DNA of 64,000 bases from an uncultured Gammaproteobacteria bacterium. GTDB lineage: Bacteria > Patescibacteriota > Microgenomatia > UBA10105 > UBA927. Made by a program: the position numbers and the translations under genes. The stretch is from assembly GCA_964629685.1 (NCBI GenBank), contig CAZVTT010000001.1, positions 319,796 through 383,795 of the forward strand, read 5' to 3'. A model generated the notes under the pieces. The model had not been told where the DNA came from, ran no database searches, and worked only from the letters and a program-made list of their open reading frames with translations. Below, piece by piece: positions 20,290 to 29,945 of the stretch (positions are counted from its first letter, which is position 1; the number at the start of each line of letters is the position of its first letter).

Positions 20290-21771
20290 TTATACCTTTT
20301 CAGTGACACGGTATTCCAGCCGTTTACCGAGCATTAGTCTTGTATGTGCATCTAATCCGGGTAAAGCAGAGAGTAAAAATGAAATTACGGGAAGAGTCAG
20401 CCATTGTAAATAAAGGAAGGGTAACTTCCAGGCTGCCATTTCTTTTGGTTTCGGTGGCTTTATCCGCCAATCAATGATAAATACTACAATAAGAAAGATC
20501 GTTGATATGGTAAGAATTGTAGAAGATATTCGGGACAGGTTATGTCCAAGTGCCGTTCGGCCAAAAGCCGGATTAATAAGTGGGGGAACAGTACTTCCGA
20601 TAGTAAGTAAAAACCAGTTTGCCGGCCAGAAAACGTGGTGTTCTAACAGCATGACAACCCGTCTCACCCTGTCTCCCAACGGAATCCATGAGTTAAGAAC
20701 TATTCCTCTGATTACAAATGGGATATCCGAGACACCCCATGCCCAGCGTTTGGATTGTTCATATTGATTTATCATCGTCCGGAGGAAACCATGGCTTTCT
20801 GCTGCGTCTACAAGGATCGGTAAAAAAATACTTTTTGTCATTACGTTCTTTCCATAAGTAAAATACACTTTAAAAAACATATGGTAGTCTTCGGGAATAA
20901 CATCTACACCCCAATATCCTGCCTTTACTGCTGTAGAGAGTGAAAGCGAGTAGGTTGAAAAGTTAATTAACCTTCCTGTTTGTGAAAGGCTGGCTAAATT
21001 CCATATGCTGTTAACTATGCTTAGAAATCTGTTAGGTAAAGGAATCCTCCAAATATTCGAATAGAACAGGATTGCGCCCTGATAGAAGTGGAATTCTCGT
21101 TCAGGATCAGTCAGAAAACTTACCGTAAGTGCTGAAAAATACTTTGGATGAATGAGAGCGTCCGCATCACATGATGTTACCGTAACAGCATCCAGCGGAA
21201 TACTTTTTTGGTTCAAATATTGAACAAGCTCTTTAGCCGCCCATGCCATATTGGAGGATTTTCCGGCTACTTCGTTTACTTGAAGTTGGTGGCTGGTGAC
21301 AAGAAATTTTCCGAATTGGGAAGAATATTCTTTTTCCAATATTTGTCCGGTTTCCTCCGATGTTTCATCTTTACTTTCCGTGGCCAGAACAAGAATAATA
21401 CGTTCTTTTGGAAAATCCTGTTTAACCAGGTTATCGAGAGTCCTGCGTAAAATATGAATCGGTTCTTTGTATTCAGGAACGATAATCGCGTGATATACCT
21501 GTGAGAATTCAGGGAGTTTCTTTGCCTGTTCAAGCCAATCCACTCTAATATGTGCGTTCATGGTTATATATGACCGAACTGCGGAAATAGCCAGTTGAAA
21601 GGATTTATAGAACCAGTACACATTAAAGCTGATAATGAGGTAGGCGACTAATGCGGGATGCCAGAACGATAACCATAAAGGCATGGTGATTAGCACCCAG
21701 GACATGAGCGGTATAAGTATCTCCAGAAGTCTTTGGGCTTTATGCGGGTAGCGTGTAAAAAGGACTTTCAT
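20290..21771 (-). CDS. membrane-bound GT2-like glycosyltransferase (synthase-type)
   Basis: 493 aa with an N-terminal TM pair, a central GT-A-like domain (…ATESKDETSEETG…, …TSCDADALIHPKY…) and C-terminal TM helices. Confidence 0.55.
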   Translation of the reverse strand: MKVLFTRYPHKAQRLLEILIPLMSWVLITMPLWLSFWHPALVAYLIISFNVYWFYKSFQLAISAVRSYITMNAHIRVDWLEQAKKLPEFSQVYHAIIVPEYKEPIHILRRTLDNLVKQDFPKERIILVLATESKDETSEETGQILEKEYSSQFGKFLVTSHQLQVNEVAGKSSNMAWAAKELVQYLNQKSIPLDAVTVTSCDADALIHPKYFSALTVSFLTDPEREFHFYQGAILFYSNIWRIPLPNRFLSIVNSIWNLASLSQTGRLINFSTYSLSLSTAVKAGYWGVDVIPEDYHMFFKVYFTYGKNVMTKSIFLPILVDAAESHGFLRTMINQYEQSKRWAWGVSDIPFVIRGIVLNSWIPLGDRVRRVVMLLEHHVFWPANWFLLTIGSTVPPLINPAFGRTALGHNLSRISSTILTISTIFLIVVFIIDWRIKPPKPKEMAAWKLPFLYLQWLTLPVISFLLSALPGLDAHTRLMLGKRLEYRVTEKV

Positions 21772-21817
21772 AACTGCGTTATGCTTTAATTATAGCATGC
21801 TAAAGCCCTATATTCGT

Positions 21818-22513
21818 CTATCGGACGTCGGGAAAACCAATGCGGTTTGCTTTGCGAAAAATAAAGTACAGTAAGAATGCTTTGAATACTCTCGTGAACA
21901 TGCCAACACCTTCGTTTCCTCGTCTTCCTGAGCTGATTACAACCAGATCTTGTCGGAAAATAACCCTCCCTGCACCTTTTAGTCTTCTGACCATCTCTAT
22001 GTCTTCTGCAATTTTGAAATCTATCGGGAACCCACCGACCTGTAATGCTTTCTCTCTCCAAAAAGCCATATTTTGACCGGGTGCCATCGTAATGCCGATC
22101 CAGAAGTAGAGTTGGTTAAAAATTGGTTGGAGAACGTTAATATAAAATCTGTACGGCCACCATCCGTCCGGAACACGAAACGTACCGTAGACACATGAAA
22201 TATTAGGAAGCGTTAAGTATTTTTCTACTTTGTTGAGCCAGTCCTTCGGTACGGTCGTGTCAGCATCGGTGAATGCCACGATATCACCAGTTGCGGCTTC
22301 TAAGCCTTTTTGTCTGGCATACCCTATACCCTTATGGGCGACGACGACTACTTTTGCACCGGCTTTTTCGGCAATTTGGACCGTTTTATCTGTTGAACTG
22401 CCATCTACCACTATAATTTCATCAGGCATACGCAGCAATTGGTGCAGTGAAGTAATTGTGGTCAGTAAATATTTTTCTTCGTTATAGGCCGGGATAATTA
22501 CGGATATTTTCAT
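21818..22513 (-). CDS. GT2 glycosyltransferase (dolichyl/polyprenyl-phosphate hexose synthase-like)
   Basis: MKISVIIPAYNEEKYL…, DGSSTD and FTDADT(D-x-D) motifs. Confidence 0.85.
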   Translation of the reverse strand: MKISVIIPAYNEEKYLLTTITSLHQLLRMPDEIIVVDGSSTDKTVQIAEKAGAKVVVVAHKGIGYARQKGLEAATGDIVAFTDADTTVPKDWLNKVEKYLTLPNISCVYGTFRVPDGWWPYRFYINVLQPIFNQLYFWIGITMAPGQNMAFWREKALQVGGFPIDFKIAEDIEMVRRLKGAGRVIFRQDLVVISSGRRGNEGVGMFTRVFKAFLLYFIFRKANRIGFPDVR

Positions 22514-22574
22514 AGTGCTATTTATAAGCCTACCAGAATGGGTTTATAAAAGAAAACATTACGAACAGTCCTCC

Positions 22575-23351
22575 TCAGATTCTTTCGGATAAGTTGAAAA
22601 GTGATTGAGCATTTTTAGTGGTAATTTCTGCAATAGTTTGCAATTCGGTGTTTTTTAACTTTGCCAGTATTTCCGCAATTAACGGGATGTACTTGGGTTC
22701 ATTCCTGGTACCGCGATGCGGAATTGGCGTAAGAAAAGGGGAATCTGTTTCTAACAATAACATGGAAAGCGGAATTTCCGGCACGATTGACTGTAAATGT
22801 TTGGAAAATGTGAGGTTACCGTCTATTCCGATAAAGAATCCTCGTTGTTGGGCAAATCTGATTTCCTGTAATCCACCGGAAAAACAATGGATTACTCCCC
22901 TCGGAAGACTAGAGACGCTGTCTATTGTGTCAAAAAAGTCTTCGAAAGCATCCCTACAGTGGCAAATGACAGGCAGATTGTGTTGAATAGCAAACTCGAG
23001 TTGCTCAGCGAAAAGTCGCTTCTGATTAGTTTTTTTCCCGGCCGCTACTTCATTTTTATATAAGTGATAATCTAAACCGCATTCTCCTACGGCTACAACA
23101 TGTGATCCCAATAATGACGCTAAGCTATGTATATCCGGAAGCTCCTGAGCCTCGTATGGGTGAAATCCGATCGCGGAAAAGATAGTATTCGGATTCTCTT
23201 TCGCAAGTGACACACTTATTTTTGATGACAAGGAGTCTACTCCGGGAATAATAAATTGTTTCACCCCGGCTTTTTTTGCGTTGCCAATGACCATTGCGCG
23301 GTCATCGTTATAATTCTCAAAATTAAGGTGACAATGTGTATCTATAAACAT
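22575..23351 (-). CDS. tatD: TatD-family metal-dependent hydrolase/DNase
   Basis: MFIDTHCHLNF start and conserved His/Asp/Glu blocks (GECGLD, HCRDA, ETDSP). Confidence 0.85.
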   Translation of the reverse strand: MFIDTHCHLNFENYNDDRAMVIGNAKKAGVKQFIIPGVDSLSSKISVSLAKENPNTIFSAIGFHPYEAQELPDIHSLASLLGSHVVAVGECGLDYHLYKNEVAAGKKTNQKRLFAEQLEFAIQHNLPVICHCRDAFEDFFDTIDSVSSLPRGVIHCFSGGLQEIRFAQQRGFFIGIDGNLTFSKHLQSIVPEIPLSMLLLETDSPFLTPIPHRGTRNEPKYIPLIAEILAKLKNTELQTIAEITTKNAQSLFNLSERI

Positions 23352-23368
23352 GCATTAAATGGATTCTA

Positions 23369-24835
23369 TTATTTCGTTTGGATACGCGGAAAAAGGGGTT
23401 TGTTTGAAAAGGGTTCTTTTCCGGTAAATTGACGAATGAGTTTGGCTGATGTCGATGGCAAGAACGGCTGTAATGAATCAACCACTTCCAGAAATGAATC
23501 AAGTTCTTTCGTTCCCATAAGTATATCTGAAATAGTAACGGAAAATTCCGCAGGGTTTTGCTCCCAGGGCTTCGTATCATTTATATATTTGTCTATATTT
23601 TTAATTTTTGACCAAAGTATTCCCAATGCTTCGTTAAATTTGTATTGTTCAATGAGAGGAGAAACAGTCTCAAATACGTTATTCGGTTGAGCAATTTTAA
23701 ATTTATCGAGCTGAATGTTGTTGTTCTGAATTAATTTTGCCAAGCGGGAGGATAAATTTCCTAATCCATTTGCAAGGTCAGCATTATATAATTCCGCGAA
23801 ACGGCGTTCTGAAAAATCGCCATCTGCAAAAGGCGGAATTTCCCGTAAAAAATAATAACGGAGAGCATCTGCTCCGTTTTCATATTTTTGAATTAACTCG
23901 ATGGGATCTACGACATTTCCTAATGTTTTACTCATTTTCTGACCGTTTACCGTGAAATATCCGTGTACAAATAGGGATTTTGGAAGTTTTAGATTTGCCG
24001 AAAGCAAAAAAGCGGGCCAGTATACCGCATGGAAACGTGATATACCTTTACCGATAACGTGAATATCTGCTGGCCACCATTTGTTGTATGTTTCATTGTT
24101 CCAACCGAAACCTATCCCTGACTGATAAATGTTTAGAGCATCGAACCAGACATACATACGTTGTGTACTGTCCGTAGGAACAGGAACTCCCCAATTTCTT
24201 GCCCGCTCGTTTGATCTTGAAATAGATATATCCTGCAGGGGTTGTTTTAAAAAGGAGAGTACTTCATTCTTTCGCACTTCCGGATCAATTTTTAACGTGT
24301 CAGTACGTATAAGTTCGACAAGTTGTTGTTGATATTTTGAGAGTTTAAAAAAATAGTTTTCTTCTTTAACGGTTTCTAATTTTTTCCCTGGATGCTCGAA
24401 GCATTCACCCTGATCATTTAATTCTTCCGGTGCATAAAACGCTTCACACCCCAGACAATACAAACCTTCATATGATTTTTTGTAAATGTCTCCTTTGGCA
24501 TCACATAAATTCCAAAGTTGTTGACTTGATGGATAATGGGTTTCCTGATTACTGCCTTTTTGCCAGACATCATATTGGCAAAACAGTTTTTTCGTGAGTT
24601 CAAAAAATAACTGATTATTTTCGTCAATAAAGTTTTGTACTGGTTTTCCGGCTTTTTCTGCTGCCTGGACGTTCTTTAGCGCATTTTCATCACCTCCACA
24701 CAACATGCATACATCGTATCCTTTTAATTTATAATACCTAGCAATCAGGTCGGTTTGAACAAACTCCAGTGCATGACCAATGTGAGGCTTTGCGTTAACA
24801 TAAGGGATGGCACTGGTGATATAGAATTTGTTCAT
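23369..24835 (-). CDS. metG: methionine--tRNA ligase
   Basis: HIGH-type PHIGHALE, KMSKT, and CxxC…CxxC zinc knuckles. Confidence 0.9.
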   Translation of the reverse strand: MNKFYITSAIPYVNAKPHIGHALEFVQTDLIARYYKLKGYDVCMLCGGDENALKNVQAAEKAGKPVQNFIDENNQLFFELTKKLFCQYDVWQKGSNQETHYPSSQQLWNLCDAKGDIYKKSYEGLYCLGCEAFYAPEELNDQGECFEHPGKKLETVKEENYFFKLSKYQQQLVELIRTDTLKIDPEVRKNEVLSFLKQPLQDISISRSNERARNWGVPVPTDSTQRMYVWFDALNIYQSGIGFGWNNETYNKWWPADIHVIGKGISRFHAVYWPAFLLSANLKLPKSLFVHGYFTVNGQKMSKTLGNVVDPIELIQKYENGADALRYYFLREIPPFADGDFSERRFAELYNADLANGLGNLSSRLAKLIQNNNIQLDKFKIAQPNNVFETVSPLIEQYKFNEALGILWSKIKNIDKYINDTKPWEQNPAEFSVTISDILMGTKELDSFLEVVDSLQPFLPSTSAKLIRQFTGKEPFSNKPLFPRIQTK

Positions 24836-24844
24836 AGAGTAATT

Positions 24845-25225
24845 TTACTGGTTTTTCAGGTAGAGCTCAAGCGAAAAGAGAGTTGCGACAAGCAAAATGA
24901 CGTATGAGGGTTCCCGTAAATTTAATGCTCTCAGAGATAAAATTATTACAATACCAAGTGTAATCAGTGTTGTTTGCCTTATGTTTACAGTACTGAAATA
25001 AACTATACACCATATCGATAAGCCAGTTAGGAATAACATAAATACAATAAGGGTTGGCGTGTTTGGTTGGTACGAGTTAATCAACCATCCGAGAGTACTG
25101 AAAGCAACTACACTGACAAAAAGTAAAATAAACGGTCGATTTTTTTGATGTAGAATCCGTTGTATGCGTTCTCGCATGGTTATTGTATGTAGATTCATTG
25201 TACGGACTAGCACCTCATAGTACAA
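24845..25225 (-). CDS. small membrane protein, hypothetical
   Basis: 126 aa, 3-4 TM helices. Confidence 0.35.
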   Translation of the reverse strand: MYYEVLVRTMNLHTITMRERIQRILHQKNRPFILLFVSVVAFSTLGWLINSYQPNTPTLIVFMLFLTGLSIWCIVYFSTVNIRQTTLITLGIVIILSLRALNLREPSYVILLVATLFSLELYLKNQ

Positions 25226-25237
25226 TGATTTGGGATT

Positions 25238-26104
25238 TTGGAGGAATGTATGTATAAAAAAGCATTTTATTCAATGGTAATTGTTACTGTCCTATGTCTA
25301 CTTGCATTTTCAGAGAAAGTTTCCGCTCATGGATCAGGTCCACCATATGTAAAAGTGAACATGCTCTATGCTCAGACAAATCCTTTAACTACGTACACTA
25401 CGCCCACGAAGTTCCGCGTCGGCGCTGATTTGGCATCGCCGTCGGCCTTTTTGGTAAATAAGCAGATTATATTTGAAATAGATGAACAATTTTTCCCGAA
25501 CCCATATAGGTTTGCCGCAAATCCCTTGGGTGGAATTGCGGTCCCCAGTAAAGAACAGATAACTCCTGAATTTCAGTGGGATTTTGATGATGGAAGTCAG
25601 CTTGTATCCGGTGGCAAAGTTACGCATATATATACAAAACCCGGGACATATATTGTAAATATTCTGGTTAAATTTCCGGGTAAAACGCAGGAATATTCCG
25701 GCGTAAATAGCGTTCAGTTAAATGTCGTGCCAACAGAGGACTATATCCTTCCTGAAGCGATTATTCGTGTGGATCAAACGGTAATTGCTAACCCTACCAG
25801 AGATGTTCAGGAAATATCACCCGGAAAACAAATTCGGTTTAGTGGAGAATCTTCACGCGGACAAATTGTAAAATATCTGTGGGATTTTGCTGACGGATCT
25901 GAATACAGCGATAAAGAAGTTTCCAAGCGGTTCAAATACGATGATTATTTCCCTATATTTCCGGTTTTGCGGGTACTTGATCAGAATGGAATTGCCAGTG
26001 ATACCTTTGTGTTCCTGGATACCCCTTTGGAAAATCCCAATCCGGTTATGCGGTTATGGCTACGGCTGCGTGACGCGTTGAGTTCTCTGTGGGATCGTAC
26101 ATAG
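25238..26104 (+). CDS. secreted PKD-domain protein
   Basis: Signal peptide (…SA-HGSGPP) and two PKD-like repeats (FQWDFDDGSQ, YLWDFADGSE). Confidence 0.6.
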   Translation: MEECMYKKAFYSMVIVTVLCLLAFSEKVSAHGSGPPYVKVNMLYAQTNPLTTYTTPTKFRVGADLASPSAFLVNKQIIFEIDEQFFPNPYRFAANPLGGIAVPSKEQITPEFQWDFDDGSQLVSGGKVTHIYTKPGTYIVNILVKFPGKTQEYSGVNSVQLNVVPTEDYILPEAIIRVDQTVIANPTRDVQEISPGKQIRFSGESSRGQIVKYLWDFADGSEYSDKEVSKRFKYDDYFPIFPVLRVLDQNGIASDTFVFLDTPLENPNPVMRLWLRLRDALSSLWDRT

Positions 26105-27681
26105 TGCTTATGATACTTGGATGGTTTATCCCTTTGTTGGCAATTGTTACTACAGCTGCAGTCGCGATTTTTTCAAAGAAACTGCATCCTTTTTCCAGTG
26201 CGATGCCGGCAAAAGCTGTAGTTGTACTTCCTTACGTCAGAAGATTTGTTTATGGTGTGGTTCTCCTGTGGGTCGCCGGTGTATATATGTATGCTGTTTA
26301 TATGTTCCCTACAGAGGCGGCTTCCTGGAGATTGATGACGCGGGTTTTCGGTTTTAGCGCACTTGCTTTAGTATATATAACACTTGTCCCCGGGCTTGTG
26401 CGTATATATTTCCCCGGTTTTCCGTTCACTCCGATATTCGTCCATGCGCGCAGAGCTCTGGGTGTAAGCGTTTTTCTTTTTGGAGTTTTGCATGGTGCAT
26501 TAGGTTTTATATTTAATCTTACGGGGTCAATCAATGCATTTTTTTTCCTGGCGTTGCAACATCAGCTAGCATTACTATCAAGCGGGATTGCATTATTTAT
26601 ATTCACTTTGCTTACATTAACATCAACGGATTATGCCGTTCGTTTATTGGGTAAGCGTTGGAAATGGCTGCACAGGTGGGTTTACGTGGCAGCTATCTGC
26701 ACAGTATTCCATGCATTCTTGATTGGATCGCACTTTGTGAGCGGAAAGTCGTTTATTCCCGTGGTTGTTAATTTCATAACATTAGTTTTTATTTTGCTGG
26801 AAACCGGTGCTACCTGGAAAAGAATAAGTAGTACAAATTCGACTTTCGTACGAAAGCGGTTGGTTGCGGCAGGCTTGATTTTCATATCGGTGGCGGCAAT
26901 CGGAATAAGTTCATGGTCGGTATCCCTTGCCTATGATCCACATTCCCGTCACAGGCAAGGGTATAGTAAAGACTATTCGGTAGAAATGATAACTGCACCC
27001 GCAGAGATAAAACCAAATAGTCCTTTAACCCTTACATTTAGTATTACTGATAAGCGAACCGGTAAGAGAGTAGAGAAGTTTAGGATTATTCAGGAAAAGT
27101 TAATGCATGTCATTGTGTTATCGAAAGATTTGACATACTACGATCATATTCACCCTGAATACCTGGGCAACGGAACGTTTTCCGTAACAACTATGTTGCC
27201 GAAAGAAGGTACATATCAATTGTATATCGAGTATTCTCCTCCGGATTTTTTTGAAAATGTAACTATTGTTTCTCTTAAGACTAATGGTGCTCAAAGTGCG
27301 GACGACGCTCATATATCCGTGGGAGCATTTGATAAACACTTTGCATCGCGCTACCAGGTTAAATTAAGTCCTGAAGGACCATTTAGAAAGAATGAGTCTG
27401 TAGATTTTATTTACACGCTTTCCGACGATAAAACGGGAAAACCTCTGGATACGCTAGAGCCGTATTTAGGTGCGTTTGGTCATTTAGCTATGGTCAGCGA
27501 AGATGGATTAACCTATGTTCACGTGCATCCGGTCGATATTCCTACGATTGGACAAACGGTTGGTGGCCCTTCCGTTCGGTTTAATACCTATTTTCCTAAA
27601 GCCGGAAAATACAAACTGTTCGCGCAATTTCAACATGAAGGTAAGTTATTCGTAACAGATTTTGTAGTGGAGGCTAAATGA
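26089..27681 (+). CDS. ferric-reductase-like (FRD/YedZ-type, bis-His heme) membrane domain fused to two periplasmic beta-sandwich metal-binding-like domains (YtkA-like)
   Basis: N-terminal ~280 aa have 6 TM helices with paired His (LHGALGF, FHAFLIGSH), typical of the ferric reductase TM component. The C-terminal part carries two repeated modules sharing H(I/V)HP…(L/F)PK-x-G-x-Y-x-L (YYDHIHPEY…LPKEGTYQLYIEY; YVHVHPVD…FPKAGKYKLFAQF). Confidence 0.6.
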   Translation: MGSYIVLMILGWFIPLLAIVTTAAVAIFSKKLHPFSSAMPAKAVVVLPYVRRFVYGVVLLWVAGVYMYAVYMFPTEAASWRLMTRVFGFSALALVYITLVPGLVRIYFPGFPFTPIFVHARRALGVSVFLFGVLHGALGFIFNLTGSINAFFFLALQHQLALLSSGIALFIFTLLTLTSTDYAVRLLGKRWKWLHRWVYVAAICTVFHAFLIGSHFVSGKSFIPVVVNFITLVFILLETGATWKRISSTNSTFVRKRLVAAGLIFISVAAIGISSWSVSLAYDPHSRHRQGYSKDYSVEMITAPAEIKPNSPLTLTFSITDKRTGKRVEKFRIIQEKLMHVIVLSKDLTYYDHIHPEYLGNGTFSVTTMLPKEGTYQLYIEYSPPDFFENVTIVSLKTNGAQSADDAHISVGAFDKHFASRYQVKLSPEGPFRKNESVDFIYTLSDDKTGKPLDTLEPYLGAFGHLAMVSEDGLTYVHVHPVDIPTIGQTVGGPSVRFNTYFPKAGKYKLFAQFQHEGKLFVTDFVVEAK

Positions 27682-28244
27682 AAAGAGCGTTTTTTCCTGT
27701 ATGTATAACTTTCTTTATGCTGCTTTTATTTCCACCCTATGCTTTCGCGCACATATTGAAAGTCGACGGGAAAATCGGTGTAACCGTGCATATTGACCCT
27801 GACGATCAGCCAGTAGCCGGAAAAGAAAGTAAAATATTTGTTGATATTCAGGATCAGAGTGGCAGGTTTAATCCCAGTAATCCCGAATCTTGCGATTGTT
27901 TTATTACTATAACATCCGAAGGGAAAAAAATGGCATCGATGTCTTTAGTTTCCGGAGGCACTTATGCTCAACTTAGGTATACCTTTCCTAAAGCCGGTGA
28001 ATATTTGTTAACTATAGACGGAAACCCCAATGGTACCGGTAAAGTATTTCAATCGTTTCATACGGAGTTTGAGTATTATGCTATGGGGGATACCCAAAAT
28101 CGGACGCAATCGGAAAATCCACTGAGAAATTATAGTCCATTAGTAATACTTATTGTCGGTATAGGATTAGTGTTGCTTGTCTTCATCCCTATGAATTCTC
28201 CCCGGACTTCCACTAAAGTTGACAAAGTGCGGAAGCGTGTGTAA
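27678..28244 (+). CDS. secreted/anchored paralogue of the periplasmic modules of the upstream FRD-fusion; predicted N-terminal His after signal cleavage
   Basis: Signal peptide …AFA|HILKV. Shares the VHIDP and FPKAGEYLLTIDG motifs with the upstream FPKAGKYKLF and LPKEGTYQLY modules. CDC pair; C-terminal TM anchor. Overlaps the upstream stop by 4 nt (translational coupling). Confidence 0.5.
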   Translation: MKRAFFPVCITFFMLLLFPPYAFAHILKVDGKIGVTVHIDPDDQPVAGKESKIFVDIQDQSGRFNPSNPESCDCFITITSEGKKMASMSLVSGGTYAQLRYTFPKAGEYLLTIDGNPNGTGKVFQSFHTEFEYYAMGDTQNRTQSENPLRNYSPLVILIVGIGLVLLVFIPMNSPRTSTKVDKVRKRV

Positions 28245-28653
28245 GGTGTATTACAATTCTACTGCAGGTATGATAAACATTAGAAGTTTCTTTTATTCTC
28301 ATCGCTATAGCATCTCCCTGATGATCAGTATATTTATGTTCGGATCGGTGTTATCAACTATATTTCGGGTAAACCCTTTCTCCTCACGAATTGTTTCGGT
28401 TGACTGTATTCAGCCGCTCCCTGCGTGTTCACAGCAAAAATGGTGGTTAATGGCCATTGCTCTGTGTGTACCATTCACATTCCTAGCAGGGATACTACAC
28501 AAGCGGAATAATACCTCACGTACCTATGTCGTAAAAAGACGTGTTCTCTACACTCAATTTACGCAGGTAAATAATGTATTTATAACTATAATCAGACGTG
28601 GGTTAACTCAGCCACTGCTGTATTCGTAAAACAACTTCGTTTCTCCGTTTTTT

Positions 28654-29328
28654 TTGAATCCATATCGAAAGGAGGTGAGTAAAATGAAACGTGTACTTAG
28701 TTTAGGTATTTTATTACTAGCTGTATTTTCTTTAGTTCCACAAATAAGTGCTCATGTTACGATTGACCCGAAGCAAGGTCTGGTCGGATCTCAAATCATT
28801 ACGGTTCGTGTTCCCAATGAACGGAAAATTCCAACGACGGAATTACGGGTTGTGGTTCCAGAGGGCGTAGATGTTACGGGCATATTGCCTGTCTCGGGTT
28901 GGAGTCATTCAGAGAAACGCACAGAGACACCAAAAATGTCCGGTACCAGCGGAATGCCGACTCAAACCGAAGAGGATGATCATGATCATGAAGAATCAAC
29001 CGGACCGATTTCGGAAATAACTTGGACTGGAGGAAAAATCGGAGTTGATGAATTTACTGAATTTAAAATAAGTATTCATTCTACGATGGAGAAAACTACA
29101 GTCTGGAAAACATATCAAAAGTATAGCGACGGTGTAGTTGTAGCCTGGGATGACAGCAGTGAGAAAAATCCTGCTCCAAAAGTGGAATTGACTGGCACAA
29201 AAACGACTGACAATTCTACGGCGATGACTGCTTCAAGCACAGCGGATACCATGCAATCACAATGGTTATCAGTCGGTGCAATTATACTTTCCGTAGCTTC
29301 ATTGGCTATCGGTTTACGGAAAAAGTAA
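28654..29328 (+). CDS. YcnI-like (DUF1775) copper-binding surface protein
   Basis: Signal peptide …ISA|HVTIDPKQG gives a mature N-terminal His (DUF1775/YcnI histidine brace). Contains an HDHEE patch and a C-terminal TM anchor. RBS AAAGGAGGTGA upstream. Confidence 0.6.
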   Translation: MNPYRKEVSKMKRVLSLGILLLAVFSLVPQISAHVTIDPKQGLVGSQIITVRVPNERKIPTTELRVVVPEGVDVTGILPVSGWSHSEKRTETPKMSGTSGMPTQTEEDDHDHEESTGPISEITWTGGKIGVDEFTEFKISIHSTMEKTTVWKTYQKYSDGVVVAWDDSSEKNPAPKVELTGTKTTDNSTAMTASSTADTMQSQWLSVGAIILSVASLAIGLRKK

Positions 29329-29389
29329 ATAAGAAAAGTGAACGTTTTTACGGCAATCCCTCTCTATGAGGGATTTGTCGTATTTTCAC

Positions 29390-29803
29390 CTATGGTTTTA
29401 GACATCTGGGACAAATTCCAAAAAATTCCAGACGGTGTGCGTTGATTTTATATCCGGTATTATTTGCGACGTTTTCCTGAATTTCTTGTGGTATGCAGTC
29501 AGAAATATCCGCGATTGCGCCACATTGTTGGCATACGGCATGGTGATGATGCGTGTGCGCTGCCAGTTCGTACCGGAATTTGCCTTCCATCAAGTCGAGT
29601 TTAAACAGAATGCCGTTGCTTACAAATGCCTCAAGTGTGCGGTAGACCGTCACTTGGTCAATTTTATATTTCTTGTCAGTCAGTTTTTGGTATATGTCCT
29701 GTGCGCTGAGAGGTAGTTGAGAATGCTTGAAAATGGCAATAATCTGCTCTCGTGCCTTGGTCCTGCGTAAGGAAGTAGATGACTGATTTTGGTTTGTCTC
29801 CAT
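29390..29803 (-). CDS. Fur-family metalloregulator
   Basis: 137 aa; winged-helix N-terminal part (YRTLEAF), an HHHH patch, and a C-terminal CxxC…CxxC. Confidence 0.85.
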   Translation of the reverse strand: METNQNQSSTSLRRTKAREQIIAIFKHSQLPLSAQDIYQKLTDKKYKIDQVTVYRTLEAFVSNGILFKLDLMEGKFRYELAAHTHHHHAVCQQCGAIADISDCIPQEIQENVANNTGYKINAHRLEFFGICPRCLKP

Positions 29804-29945
29804 AGGCTAATTATACCATGAGCTAGCTCGAACCGTTTCGTAGGTGACAGTAAATACTTTCTGAGTATAATGTATAGTACTCAAGTAAACGCCTAATAGT
29901 AATACTACCGACAGTGTACAAATCACTGTTGATACGTAACTGCCT

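Noticed and set aside
28219-28629. 136-aa ORF between the FRD-paralogue gene and the YcnI-like gene
   Set aside because: It overlaps the upstream gene and its composition is odd (Ser/Ile/Phe-rich with no domain). It is more likely a non-coding regulatory gap (see finding).
29804-29945. Possible Fur box upstream of the Fur-family gene (…TAATAGTAATACTACC…)
   Set aside because: It has only a weak resemblance to the GATAATGATAATCATTATC consensus and cannot be supported without a scan or comparison.
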